NCBI GenBank assembly: GCA_964016885.1
Contig: OZ024741.1
Coordinates: 186,930,001-186,994,000 of the forward strand
Origin: Eledone cirrhosa
Taxonomy: Eukaryota
DNA length: 64,000 bases
Direction of reading: 5' to 3'
Shown: positions 18,596 through 34,511 of the stretch, in pieces
Layout of the letters: each line of letters begins with the position of its first letter
How positions within the stretch are numbered: the first letter of the stretch is position 1
Position numbers and translations under genes: made by a program
The notes under the pieces: model-generated
Told to the model about the DNA's origin: nothing
Database searches by the model: none
What the model saw: only the letters and a program-made list of their open reading frames with translations

Positions 18596-19265
18596 GGATA
18601 AACAATTATAAACCGTACGCAGTCCCGCGCGGGCTCCTTACGACTTCAGTTATACCATTTACGTGGTTTTGTCTTTGCGTGCAATTGTTCTCCCCGCTCC
18701 ACATATGACGTATTATCTTCGTTTTTTCCGTTCATTGCCTGAGAACGTCTCTATGAACCACCTAATATAATATTAGTCTACGACTTCTTTTATACCATAA
18801 ACGTGGTTCTGTCTTTGCGTGTAATTGTTTTTCACCGCTCCAAATAATGACGTATTATATTCGTTTTTTCCCGTTTTTTCCAGGGAACATTTCCACGAGT
18901 CTAAGTATCGTCTTCCTATCTTCCTCCGGTTGCTACGTTTTGTGAAATATTCACTTCTGCGTTCACAGATTGACTTTGTTAGTTTCAGAAGATCCCGTTA
19001 AGGGTGAAAGCAGCGATTCTTTGCTTAAACTTTAATATTTTATTTTAATAAATATATATTTTATTTTAATAAATATATATTTTATTTTAATAAATATATA
19101 TGCCTTTTGGGATTCTTTCTCGCATCATATAGACGCGTTCTTGAAGCTAGTAAAACGCGGTATCCTCTTGATAAGTCGGCAGACCTCGCAAAAACTCTAT
19201 ATCTTTATGATGTATTGTTTTTGTTTATGCCACGAAACTACGTGGTCGAGGAATCTAGGAGCAGT

Positions 19266-19495
19266 TTGGGTATGATACATTTTATTCCTAATTATATCTA
19301 AATGTTTCTTCTCTCTTCATAATGTACTTTTAGCTCTGATACTGGTTCAGTCTAATTCAACCGGATTGGTCTGTCCCAGTCATTCATAGAGCAACATCGG
19401 TAAGGTTGGCACCATTAACTCACGGTTGGATGTGGATGCATTCACGTATATGTGTGTGTCCGCATGTATCTGTGTGTTTCTAAATATATTATATA
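19266..19495. repeat. Dispersed repeat, inverted copy at 31553-31777
   Basis: Reverse-complement match over about 230 bp. Confidence 0.8.
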
Positions 19496-19577
19496 TATAT
19501 ATATATAATGGAAAAATTTGAACAGGAACAAAACAGAGAGGCAGTACAACGAATGTTTATTAATTTCACGCTCTGGA

Positions 19578-19638
<61 letters not shown>

Positions 19639-20071
19639 GAGCGAAGGGTGCGTGCATGCGTTATAGAATCTTGAGTTGATCAATTGCGTCGGTTGAAGCA
19701 AGCATAATTTTGGCTGCTTGCTAAACCGTAGACACATAAAAAGATAACACACACCCACATATATACACACAAACACATGACAGCGTCGGTTGAAGCAAGC
19801 ATATATTATATATGTATTTGTACATAAATCTATATGAGCATATAATTCTAATTCAGTAATATGGTTCTAGAGAGTATATATAGAGAGAGTATGTATATAT
19901 TTCTATATATATTAGAGAATATATATATATATACATATATATACGTGTGTATATTTATGTCTGGGTGTATGTATGTTATTTATGTACATATAAGTGGGTG
20001 TATATCTATATATACGTGTATATATTTAAGTGTGTGTGTGTATGTAGCTACAGGTGAATAAATGTGTATAT

Positions 20072-20116
<45 letters not shown>

Positions 20117-20748
20117 TGTATGTATATATCTATATTTGTATATATATATATATGTGTGTATGTATTTATGTATACGTTTATGTCTTTATTTTTTCCTTCT
20201 TATACTTTATAATATTTTTTATCAACTTTTATCTAGTTTATATTTTTTCTCCCTATATTTATCATATAAAAAGTTTTTGTAAGATTAGTTTCTATAGTAA
20301 TTTGCTATTTTCTGTATTTGAACAACATCGCTTTTCAATACATAATGGCGTCCTTTCCAATGTTTTCAAAAATGTAAACATTCTCTGTAACTGCTAGCAG
20401 TTGATTGCTTATAAAATAACTGGTTTTGAAAAGTCCCAGGAAAGGGATAAAAGGTTCGTAAATCAGCATTTAATGTATTAATGCATTTGGTGTCTATTTT
20501 AATGACTAATTTGCTTCTAGTGTAATTGTTATTTTGTATACATGCCTTTTTGGGAAATTCTTTCAAAGGGGTATGATACATAGCTGATTGTATTGCTTTA
20601 ATGATAAATTACTCTATTTTGAGCTGTGTTTAACTTCGACGCCTATCTTTATAACTTTTTTTATATTGTTTTGTAATAAACGATATTTATTTCTTATATA
20701 TATATATAATATGCCAGAGTTCAGCCGTCTGGGTCCTGACTCTTTTCC

Positions 20749-20795
<47 letters not shown>

Positions 20796-20822
20796 ATAAT
20801 ATATATATTTATGTGTGTGTGA

Positions 20823-20883
<61 letters not shown>

Positions 20884-21155
20884 TATAGGTCGTTATATAG
20901 GACACCTCCTAGAATTGCTTGAATCAAGGACACGTGCACAAAAGAGTACATACAAAAATACACATATGTACAAACACACACATACAGACACTTACTTGAC
21001 AAACATATAAACAGAACGCTCAAATACTGAAAATAATATACCCTCATACAAACCCTAAGCTGTCTAATAAGAGTTAATTAGACAAAAACACTCACGAACA
21101 CGCAAGCGTACACAGACACACATAACCATACATACACATCTCTATTAAGTGTAAT

Positions 21156-21277
<122 letters not shown>

Positions 21278-21405
21278 GCCACTAACAACTTTCCTCTTAC
21301 ATTATCATTATCCACCCCACACACACATACACACATCCTCCCTTTTTCCTGTACTGTTTCTAGCTCTTACCCCACTCTTCCACTATTTCCTTTTTCTTTC
21401 AATCT

Positions 21406-21507
<102 letters not shown>

Positions 21508-21644
21508 TATATATATATACGCGCACATACACGATACATACACGCATAATACACACACACAATTATATATATACACACAAATATATACATACATATACTT
21601 ATATATATGTATGTATGCATATATATATATATAGATATATATAA

Positions 21645-22802
21645 TGTCAGGTCACTCTTGAGTGCTACTGGTTACATGTAACCCAGTACAACCTGTCTCA
21701 TGGTCGGGTCATCGGCGACTAAACCGGCAACCGCACCAAGCTTGCTTGGTGAGGAGGGTAATATTTGGACATCCTGCGGGATGAAATAGGAGACCCGGCA
21801 AAGAGCAGAGGAACTCAGCAGTGTCAACAGCCATCCAAATAGCATTTTTTTTTCACCTGGGAATGAAAGGCCCCCAGTTGTTGTCACAACACCTTTCTAA
21901 GAGAGGGAAACTCTGAAAAAAAACATGCGACTTCTGAAATATCCGATGATGTTGACCATTTCTCCTTTTCGGGTAGTGTTTTCGATGATCAGATAGTGGC
22001 ATTGGTCGAGTGACCACAAAAAACCTTCAAAACACAGGCATTACTTGTTCAGGATATGTTACAGGATCGTATGGCTGGCCGTAGCCTAAAAGTGCACCAA
22101 ACTCTATAATCTGAGAAGCGATTGCAATACTCTTAGCAGAGGTTTCAGCCCTCATATATATATATATATATAGGTACATACATATATACATGGTGGCTGC
22201 CAACTCGTTTTCGAGTACGGTCACTACTTTATATCCATGTAGGAGAACCCCTACCGATGCGCTGAACGAGTGTGACATTTTAGTCCAGCCAGCGACTTGA
22301 AAACTCTGGTACAAACACTACACTTGAGACAATTATTGACACATAGTGCTGGGCCCATGGTACCATGTGACGACAAGTGTAGAAACATCTCCAGATATAA
22401 AGCAATGCCTGTGCCGTGAAGCTTTCATAGTGAGTAAAGGCACTGCACAAAGCCATTCCCATTCTCTTAACCAAGATGATATTTACCAAAAAGAAGAACA
22501 AGTCAACATCATTGGATACCATCAGAGTTGCAGGTGTTATATGAGAGTTTTCCTTCTCCTAAAATTCTGCCTTGACAAAGGCTAAGGGGGCCATCTCTCC
22601 CGGTGATTTTGGATGGCCATTGATTCTTAAGAGTTCCTTTGCCCTTTGACAGGTTTTGTTTTTAGTCCTGCAGGATGTCCAAAGTCACCCTCCTCACCAA
22701 GAAACCTTGGTGGGGTTGCCAGTTTAGTCGCCAACGACCCGACAATGAGACTGGTTGTACTGGAATACATGTTACCAGTAGCACCAACTGGTGACCTGAC
22801 AT
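21645..22802. mobile_element. Two convergent diverged copies of an RTE-like 5' UTR (21645-22025 +, 22026-22802 -); third copy 62477-62849 -
   Basis: About 140 bp inverted similarity at the outer ends; TAGGAGAAGGAAAACTC motif recalled from RTE 5' UTRs; 22190-22562 closely matches 62477-62849. Confidence 0.6.
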
Positions 22803-22998
22803 AACATACATACATACATACATACATACATACATACATACATACATACATACATACATACATACATACATACATACATACATACATACATACATACGTA
22901 CATACGTACATACATACATACATATTACAGGTTTCTCTGAAGAGCCCGATGATCCTGTAGCCTAATCAGAGTCTTGCCACGTTTACGCTGCAATATAG

Positions 22999-23160
22999 AC
23001 GGCGAATTGGCAGATTCGTTAGACCGTCGGATAGAACGTATTATGGCATTCATTCCGGCTCTTTGCTCCCTGAGTTCAAATCCTACCGAGGTCAACTTTG
23101 CCTTTCATCCTTTCGAGGTTGATAAAAAATGTACCAGTCAAGCAGTCAAGTACTGGTGTT
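22999..23160 (+). mobile_element. Nin/Deu-core SINE, diverged
   Basis: TGGCAGATTCG...GAGTTCAAATCC...CTTTGCCTTTCATCCTTTCGAGGTTGATAAA. Confidence 0.8.
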
Positions 23161-23811
23161 GTTTCTTCTTCATATATCTCTTTTTCATTTCCCCTCTCTC
23201 ACTTTCTTTCTCTGGAAGAAATCTGCTGTACTCACGCCTCGAGAAGGGTGGGCTCCGCCAGGCTAAAAAAGCCTAAGAAACGCCGTATGTCAATACGGCG
23301 CCCCTACGAATCTAGCAGGAGTTACGTGACCATTCATAAAAAGGATACATTCCTGCTTTATGCACATAAACAGATAGCAGAGAAAATAAGTGAAAGACAA
23401 TGAAGGTTACACAACAGAGTAACAAGTACTTATTTAGGAAAATACTACATATTACTATACTGTAATCTATGTTATTCATTAGATTTTAGAACTGGTTGAA
23501 TTGTTAAATTGTTTGCTTCGGGATCATGAGTTTCCCGGATTGCTCCCCCTGCCCGGTGCGGCCTCTCGGGCAAGCGTCAATTACAATAGCAATTGAAATT
23601 GGTTGATGTCCATCGGATGGATTATACCTGTGATTCTGCTTTAAAGTTATCTTAAGTTTACTCGTATCGATGGTCTTAACGAGTAAGCAGCTCGATTCAT
23701 TGAGCAGCTGAATACATATCTTTGAAACCTTCTCGGGTCCATCTACTTCAAGAACACCATCTTTCTTCTTGTTCTTCTTCTACAACAACAACAACAACAA
23801 CAACAACAGCA

Positions 23812-23872
<61 letters not shown>

Positions 23873-24499
23873 ACCAAACTGCCAAACCTTCCTCATCCAA
23901 ACTGAGAGTTGATCTGACTCTGCTTGAATCCTATCTTCAGCTTACTTTACTTTCTTTGTTACTAGGTCAGGCCATTTTGCTGTTGATAGATTGTTTCCGT
24001 TAACAGGATTTCTTGAATGGCTTTATTACATATACTAGCAGAAAAACCACCCTTCGAGTAGTTTTTTTGCTAGCATGTGTAGTGTGCATACTTATATTAT
24101 ATGCTAATATATATGTAGTAAAGTAAACCATGCTACATTTAAAAAAGACGATATTATATATAAACTGCATTACGTTGAAATGTAATGAAACCTTATATAA
24201 CAATGCAACTATATGGATGTTTATACAAGCAATGTAATAAGTGTTATGATATAACGGGCGCCTACCGGATGTGTAGACATTTGAACATTTTAAAAGAAGT
24301 GAATCTTAAAATAAGCAATCATTATATATAAGAATATTTATGTTTAATCAACAACTACGAAATTTAGTACATAAATTATGTAATATTCATTCATCATTTA
24401 GTCAAAGTAATCTAACTTAATTTACTAAAATATATTCGGGACGCAGTACCACACTCCTCCCTTTATTATATTATGATATGTCTTCGTGGTGCTGGTTGT

Positions 24500-26712
24500 T
24501 GGTATTTAGCTGAGAAAATTGTTTATGCTGAGGATTGGTTACAGATTTGGAGATGTCTTCCTATACTTCATTTTTTTTTTCTTTCGGTTATCTCCTCCCG
24601 TATTAACTTTAATCTACTATGATCTGCTTTTATTCTGTTGTTTAGTATTAGATAGGATGTTGATTAGGTTGTATTTATGTACCTGGCTAAATATTTCTAA
24701 GAAAGTTTTTGAAAATATTGTTTGGTGTTTTTTATTTATATGCTGGGTTCTATAGTATTTTTAAATGTAATTTGAGGATTTTTAATGTATATGCAGGTTC
24801 TTTCAGCTTTGTTTTTTTGTCTCATAAATCTACTTACATTCGCAAATGTGCTCTCTGTTATATTTTTCTCTATATATTTATTTGCTTTTTCTTCATGCCT
24901 CATATGTTTCATTTCGAGTGCTATTATGTTTGATATAGTTTTCATATTAAATAGGCAACAGTTCTATGTAGAAATCATTTCTGATATCATTGTTGACGCT
25001 GGTATTAAGAGACGGGCCTTTGTGTTTGGACTTACACATTTGAGAATACATTGATTATAAAATATGTTCCACTATTCCCGTATTGTAATCGTAGTAAGCT
25101 CTCGCTACGAACTTCCTTACACATGAAGATAATGGATTCATTGTAAAATAACGTTGGATTTATTTGCAATGTTCATTCGTTTCCCTTTCAATGTTTTGAC
25201 AGTTTGTTTCCCTCTGTTGTTTATGTTCAAACGTTCATTTCGTTTTATTTAATTTATGTATTTCATATTTTCTTATTTTCGCATGTATATATATTATTTA
25301 AACAATATATTTTATGTGTGGTAATCATATATACGTATAATATGTATAAGTTGTATTTGCTTTGGTAGATCTGTTTTGTTTTGTTTCTATTCAATAGTTA
25401 ATTTCGCATGTAAGGAGGCAAATGTCCGCTATTCTACAAGTTACAGTTATTTCGCAGATTTTTAACCCTATTCGTACACACATTATTATCTACATTAAAG
25501 TTACTAGTATAATTGTGCCTATTATTTACTGTTTGGTTTAGAATAGATGTTATTTGCTTTCGTTTATATGAGTTCATTTCCTTATAATCGTTTATAGCTA
25601 AATATTCTGCCAAGTTAGGTGTGGTCAAGAAAGAAAGTTTAACGTTATTTTTGTTTATTATACTATAGCACTTATGCCCTTGGGCAAACATTTTTCTAAA
25701 CTACTATAGAATATTCTAGGTATATGGGACGCTACTTGAACACCATATGGAGGAATAAACGATATTTTTCTTTTATTCTTTTTTCTATTATTCAATTGAT
25801 TAGGGGAATTATAGATAGTCATAAGATTTTGGGGTGTGTTCATATACATTTTTTATTAAAATTATAGTTTTTTCGATTATTGTTCTTATTTCTACTGTTT
25901 ATCCTATCATTATTTCTGTATTAGTCTTGAGGTGGTTGGTTCTATTCACATTATGATAATTAGGTGTAGATGTACGTTTATGGGTAAAGATTCTATTGTT
26001 AGCTAATTACGATATGGTGTTAAACAGTATTCTATCATTATATCCTGATCTAGCCAAAGCTACATTATAATAAGTAGCATTTGGGGATTAGATTTCTTTA
26101 TTGGCTGAGAATCTCTGGCTGATATGTTATTCACTATAGATTTAATGATCGATGATTGGAATTTTTATGTACGTAATAAAGGAATTCTCTGGTGTGAATA
26201 TGTTGGTGTTTAAAATCTAGTGTAACGACTAAGACGCTAACTACCTTTGTGTTATTTTCTACTGTTATGTCTACGTTATAATTGTTTCTACGTTAGGCAC
26301 AAGGCCAGCAATTACCCAGCAATTACCCAGCAATTACGTTATAATGTTTAAAGAAGTGTTCTCCAAACTTTTGAAAGTGAAGAGCCCATCGTCTCTACAT
26401 ATACCAACACCGATAGTAATGTAATCTTTTTTTAATTCATTAATGAGAAATAGGCCTACGAGATCGATTATTTGGTCTGAATTTCATCGAGCCCATCGGA
26501 ATGTCAAGGTTGTTCGTACAGTTTTTCTCTAGTCCAGAGGCTTCCGGTAAATGCTATGATAGTACGCCTGGCTGCTAATATTATATCTACTTCCAATTTT
26601 GTAATGTTAGTATAGTCTATTGCCATAGAAAGTGGTTCGTTCAGAAGACTAGATGAAATGGAGGAATAATATTTATATCAAACTGTAGAAATTATCTTAT
26701 TTCTTTTATCCA
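24500..26712 (-). mobile_element. Decayed Neptune/Nematis-like PLE: RT, linker and endonuclease remnants
   Basis: YYSSISSSLL, GICRDDGL (cf. GLYRDDGL), YYNVALARSGY, FIPPYGVQVASHIPRIF, GHKCYSIINKNNVKLSFLTTPN; many stops and frameshifts. Confidence 0.85.
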
Positions 26713-26747
26713 AATTAACGAAGCATTGAATATGTTAGTGTTGCCCC

Positions 26748-26795
<48 letters not shown>

Positions 26796-27189
26796 CGAAG
26801 GAGTCGTGGTAAGGAACCAGATGGACCATAATGCATCAGAGTACTCAATACTTAGGGTAGTAGAGTGGGTAATAGGAGAAAGTATGACCCCGACGGCAGA
26901 GCTCAATTTCACTATATATATGTATATGGAAGATCACTGATGAAGGACTAATTTAATATATATATATACATATATAAAATATATACAGTATTTTCCGTAG
27001 TGTTGTAATATAAATATTACACACAGTAGATGGACAGCTCACGTAGAGTTTGCTCGACGGTTCCAGTTGTAGTTCCAAAAGTAATCCGGAGAAAAATAGA
27101 AAGATTTGAATGGATACAGTTTAGTTAAAAGGAATATATATATGTTTGATGTGTATAGTTAGATGTAAGTGTATTCATGTATTAAAGTG

Positions 27190-27335
<146 letters not shown>

Positions 27336-27841
27336 GACTGGAGTATGTATGTATATATGTGTGTGTCTATAAAGATAAGTTGAGTATGAAAATGTATACA
27401 CATGAACGCGTATGTATGTACATGTATATATGTGTGTATATATATATGTATGCATGTGTATATGTATGTAAGTATGAGCATGTAAGTATGTGAATGTGAG
27501 TATATGTATTTTGTAGAGGTGTGCATATATGTTTGTGTGTGAATGCGTGGGCGAAAGGATACGTACACTTGAAAGAAAAATTTAAGACTGAATGTTAATT
27601 AAGTGCAAACACAAAACCAACCACGCATATCTATACTATCTCTAATCCTTCTATAGATTTAGAAAAAATAACCAATAATATATTCTATAAAAATGTCAAA
27701 ACAACAGATGGGAATCTAATTACTCACTGCCACCAAAAATTCTCACTGCTATCAAAAAACCACTCCCTCAACTATTCTTCTAACAACTTCACCCCTCCCT
27801 CCTAATATTCTCTATAAAAACCAAACAGGTCCTCAGTAAAA

Positions 27842-27962
27842 TTATTCCGATGAAATAACAGTTGATAATAACATTGAAATATTGAATGTCTGCATAACTA
27901 ATACTTTGTAGATAGCAGCTGTTTTCAGGTTATGTAACTGTTATAGAAACACGTGTCAATAA
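27842..27962 (+). ncRNA. Type I hammerhead, U4C core, long helix II
   Basis: TTATT-CCGATGA-A-ATAACAGTT-(72 nt)-AACTGTTAT-A-GAAAC-ACGT-GTC-AATAA: helix I 5 bp, helix II foot 9 bp, palindromic helix III, GUC site. Confidence 0.75.
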
Positions 27963-28006
27963 ATTCCTTTTAACTAAACTGTATCCATTCAAATCTTTCT
28001 ATATAA

Positions 28007-28173
<167 letters not shown>

Positions 28174-28524
28174 TAAATTAGACCTTGATCAGTTATCTTC
28201 CATATACATATATATAGTTAAATGTAGACGACGGATATCTTGCTGACTGTAATCTAAGTGTGTCACACATAGCTAATCCGGATATGTCACTAATAATCAA
28301 ACTGGTGGTGACGCGTTTCTAAAAACATATCTAAGAGACAAGACGGCCAAAAGAACATGGGATTTCCCCTCATCTTACTTACCTGATTGTTTTATTGCGT
28401 TGCGTAAATATATTTAAGACAAATATTTCCATTCAAATAAACAAATAAAAGCATTCAACACTCAGCCATACCTGAACTTATTAAATCCATATGATGATGT
28501 GTGTATATATATGTGTGTATATAT

Positions 28525-28617
<93 letters not shown>

Positions 28618-29170
28618 GATAAGAAAGAATACTGCGTGGTTGCACATGGTTTACATATGATAAAAATATTCCTTCGTCAGGGATTTTCCGACCTTCATTG
28701 GTATTTCTTCGCTTTAAAAATCCTATACCTACGGTTGGTGCGAGCAATAGCTAAATAAAGCTATTGGGACAATTAAATCGCGTAAAGCGAGCGAGACAAG
28801 TAAACAAACATAGAAGGATAGCAACGCAAAGATAGGAACAAACAAACGCATGGGGATCCGGTCAGCTTAAGCTGGGTGGATTTCATGAGCGGGGGAAATA
28901 CGGTCCGTCCGACGTGATTGAGATGTGAGCAAGAAGAGAACCCACTACAGGCCAAACGGGAGGAAGTGAGAAGGGGAGAAGCAGAGAGTGAGTGAGTGGA
29001 AGTGCGAGGAAGAGGCCAGTCGAGAGAAAGTGTAACAGAGGGGGCGAAAGATGGTGAGAGAAACAGAGCGGGGAAGCAGTACGAGAGAAACAGACAAACG
29101 TAGCTGAGGAAAATATATATAAAAAACATGAGAAGAAAGAATACTGCGTGGTTGCACATGGGTTATATAT

Positions 29171-29950
<780 letters not shown>

Positions 29951-30048
29951 CCACCCCCCGCACACACTCACACATACAGACTCTCAAGCGTGAACCTAAT
30001 ACTTAACACCTTTCGTAACTGTACTCCTTGTTGTTATTTACTTTTCCA

Positions 30049-30080
<32 letters not shown>

Positions 30081-30272
30081 TGTTTTAATTATTTTCTGGT
30101 CATTAGACTGTGGACATGTTGAGTTACCATTTTAGTTTAGTTGATCATAGCTCCCCAGTATTTAATTTTTTCAAATCTGGTACTTACTTATTTTATCTCA
30201 TTTTATCGCGTACATGACCCCGCACACACCCACTTGCGCACTCACACACACACACTTACATATATATGCATA

Positions 30273-30310
<38 letters not shown>

Positions 30311-31509
30311 TATAGACAATGGGCTTCCAAGCAGCTTCCGTCTCACAGATTTTCATCTCTGGGTCAACCCAAAACTATAGTTGAGAAAACACTTGTTGAA
30401 TGTAGCACTTATTTGAACTCCACATCAAACGAGGTGGTTGAGAAAGGAGTTTCTTATCTACGGAGCTAAGCCTGCGACATATATTATATATGTACAAGCG
30501 CACATTCACTGACACAAGAAGATTATGGAAGTATGTATAATATGATTAGAAAACCCGTATGATATGAATTTGTTTTTTGCTTACTTAAACCGCCAAGAAA
30601 TATGTAAATATGCCAGCGATGGCAGATTTCCCAAATCCCAACAAGATAAATGGAAGTTGGAAGAATAATAAAATGGTAACCCATCTCAATATATTTACTC
30701 AATTTCTGGCTGTATTTTTGACGATGATCTTCACTAATTTGAAGTGCTTGAAGCAATACAGTCTCTCTATTCTCTAATAGCTATCAAAACCGTAGTTCTA
30801 TGGTTGGAATTAATATCTAAACTTATCTTATAAATATTTGTGTTCTTTTACGAAGCAAATCTTATTACGCAAAATCTATCGGGAAGAAAAGTGAAAAATG
30901 AAAAGAATATTAGGCGATTATATTGCCAAACTTCCGATGAATAAAAAGGTGAAACAGTAGAATATAGGATAGTGAGGAACGATGATCTACGCCGGAAAAA
31001 TGATAAATACAAATATTTGCATAGTGGGATACATTGCAATGAAAATGAAGAGAAGTTTAATGTTTCAGGCAAAAACCTGCTACGGAGTAATACAGAGGAA
31101 ATGTTTACGGGTACTGATGAGGGTATTGATTTGTATTACTGAGAGAGAGAAAAGGGAGAAGACTAAGATGGCAAAATAGGTGAGTAGTAAAAATAACAAT
31201 TATAATCTAATGGTAGTAGGGGAGCAACAGCAAAAGCTCTGAGATTATCGAAAAGAACGCTGACAAATTTGATGGATGAAAAGTGTGCAGGTATTAACAT
31301 CTGTAGTATAAAGTTATATATTATAAATAGGCAACCCGAAGGGTTTGAAGATGATACTACAAAGACGTAGAAACGCTGATGATGCAATTAGAAATTAAAA
31401 TGTTCCAAACAAACGGAAATATTTGAAAAAAATATTTGATAGAAATTACACAACTAAAGAACAGATGTGTACTTATTATATCATATTTAAATAAAAAGTT
31501 GTTCCCATG

Positions 31510-31559
<50 letters not shown>

Positions 31560-31836
31560 GAAACACACAGATACATGCGGACACACACATATACATGAAT
31601 GCATCCACACCCAACCGTGAGTTAAGGGTGCCAACCTCACCGATGTTGCTCAATGAATGACTGGGACAGACCAATCCGGTTGAACTAGACTGAACCAGTA
31701 TCAGAGTTAAAATTATATTATGAAGAGAGAAGAAACATTTAGATATAATTAGTAATAAAATGTATCATACCTAAACTTTCCTGATGATTTCCTTGAAATG
31801 AAACACCTCTAGTCATGTAGAAGCCATTTTTATATA

Positions 31837-31990
31837 CAGGGTGGTCCAAAAGTCACACAGGGGTCGCATGGCCGCCATTCGAAAGATGTAAATTTTCATA
31901 AGTAATGTAGAGGTGTGACAAGGATTGACGAGTGCAAAAGAATTTCCATTATGTCCTTTAAGTTGTATCAAAATTTCATAATCAATCTTT
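31837..31990 (+). mobile_element. Possible Tc1/mariner-type terminus (one end only)
   Basis: TA-CAGGGTGGTCCAAAAG; no partner TIR found. Confidence 0.4.
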
Positions 31991-32829
31991 ACAATTCAGG
32001 AAGTTAATAAAATATATATATATGTATATAAGGTAAAATATATATATATGTATATAAGGTAACCCAGGGTTTTGGCGGTAAATTCAAATTTTGAACAAAG
32101 GAATAAATTCCTTTACACAAACCGAATTAAGCACTCAACTAGAAGTTATCAAACAAACATAAACAATTAATCAATCAATAGAATTGTCTAATTAAATTAA
32201 TCAATTAATAGTTAATTCTAGGAGATAATAATACAAAATTTAGTACAGCATCATCGAAGCTCTGGTTGCAGCCAAGCTAACGAATGCAATCTCGGTGTGC
32301 AGCTAAGCACTCAATAGGGTATATTACCCTAGAGTTATAACATTACGTTTTGACAGCTTTGCTAGTTGACGACAGCGACCGATAGACGGGCCGCAGTGAC
32401 CATAGCGACGAAAAAAACTGAACTCAGGATAAAATTTGACTAACCTGGAGCGTCGCGTCGACATCCTACACAACACATGATATATACCATGTAATATACA
32501 TCACATAATATATATATATAGTAATAATAATAAATTTCAGAAGATCCTGTTAAGGGTGAAAGCAGCGATTCTTTGCTTAAACTTTAATCTATTATTTTAA
32601 TAAATATATATATATATATATATATATTATTCAGAATATTAATAAATGACAATATTCACATAATCAAAATATATGTTTTATTATATATATTTCGAAGGTA
32701 CTGTGCTGTTTTTTCATGAATTGATGTATGACACACCTCAACGGTCTTGATGGTTCAATTCCAGTATTGGCAGTATATATATATAAGTATGTATACGTAC
32801 ATACATATATGTATACAGACGTACAGTAG

Positions 32830-32891
<62 letters not shown>

Positions 32892-33029
32892 TATATATAT
32901 ATATATCTACGTATGGATTCACCGAACATTTATTATAATGCTCGGTGTGTTTGTAAACAAACAGCCGGTATTAAGCCGTACAGTGTCTAACAAGCATCGT
33001 TGCTCATTTGTTCAACACTGACAAAGGAA

Positions 33030-33070
33030 CGCTGTACTAGTTTCAAGCTTATTAGCTATCGTCAGCAACG
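33030..33070 (-). ncRNA. Intact minimal type I hammerhead in the element at 32785-33260
   Basis: CGTTG-CTGACGA-T-AGCT-aata-AGCT-T-GAAA-CTAG-TA-CAGCG. Confidence 0.85.
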
Positions 33071-33725
33071 TATACCTTCATGCCAGATGATTGAACGTTT
33101 GAAAGTATATACTTTCCTTATGCATATTAACGGCTGAGCAGCCTAATTTGCATATCGAGTGAGTTAATCGGCCGGGGTACCGAAAACGATATACGGAAAA
33201 AATGAAACGAAGAGTACTAAGAGTGAGAAATGAAATTTCGTTTCAATTTTTCCGTTTATATTTATATGAATAAAAAAAGAACAGAATGGCTTCACTTGTA
33301 GTTGGCTTTCTATAACAATTTTACAATTTTACAATTTTCCTATAAACTTTCCACTTCGGGGAAAATTTTTATAAAATCCTTGTTAATTTTCTAACAAAGG
33401 ATTTATTAGATCTACATAGCAAAATTGTGCCATTGTGCCGTTGTAAAATTACAATTACATTACTTACTATAGTGGAATAGACAACTATTAATCTTTTGTC
33501 CAGCTATTACAACATGTTACAGCTGTTATATCTTTGTTTATCTGACACACAAAACTCCCTACGACTATATGCTTCGTAAACCTAATAATTCTAAAAATCC
33601 TATTTCACTCTATTCGCCTTTTCTCTACTTGTATCTGTTTTCTGCTTTCTTATATTATTTGCTAATATTCATTGTTCGCTAATATACTTGGTACGTGTTG
33701 TGCTGAATTAAATCTTTCTACTTTA

Positions 33726-33837
33726 CTCCTGAAGAATTAAATGTAAGTGTATATGCTATGTGAATAATTATTAATTAATTATAAAAGATTGATTCATTGT
33801 TTGCATGTCTATCACCTGTATAGAAACGATCATAGAG
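33726..33837 (+). ncRNA. Hammerhead-like motif with long helix II insertion (decayed)
   Basis: CTC-CTGAAGA-...-GAAAC-GATC-ATA-GAG; partial inverted copy at 36640-36798. Confidence 0.5.
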
Positions 33838-33890
33838 ATTACAGATGGATTTATTTTTAAAATCCTGGTTACTTAAATTTAAACTTATAA

Positions 33891-33944
<54 letters not shown>

Positions 33945-34458
33945 ATCAGGAAAGAAAGTTTACATGGTTTGCTATACAAAAAAGTTTTTAATCACATAGC
34001 TTACATTTGTTTCACTGAACTGGTCTGTCTAGAGATCGCTATCCGCCTAATTTTGCGTCACTCGATCGCCAATACAGAATTATAACCAGTCAGATCTTCG
34101 GCGCATGCGAGAATGAAGAAAATACACAGGCAAGAAAAGAAAATATGGAGTAGTTATGGCATTCAATTAGAACAATAACAACAACAATTATTACAACAAT
34201 GCTATCAATAAACTATTTAAGGAGACCCTGACATTACTTAGGTGGGGGGTATATAATGTATCTATTGTTACGGCGTGAAAACCAGCTGTCATAAGGCAAA
34301 AAGTATCGTAGTGTGTATCAATTTTAAATTATAAAGATAAGCTAGTTTTTACAGTCTTTCTCTTCATCTTCAACAGTATACATGAGTGGGACCACTGTCA
34401 AAGCTCAATAGTTGCAGAGTTAATACAGAGGTTAACGAATTAATATACGCATATATCT

Positions 34459-34511
<53 letters not shown>

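Noticed and set aside
20280-20690. Possible GIY-YIG C-terminal remnant (...LRTFYPFPGTF)
   Set aside because: Too degenerate to call by eye.
22690-22800. HDV-like or twister ribozyme fit in the RTE-like leader
   Set aside because: A CUAA plus P2-like pairing is present, but P1/P3/L3 and twister L1 residues could not be placed consistently in both copies.
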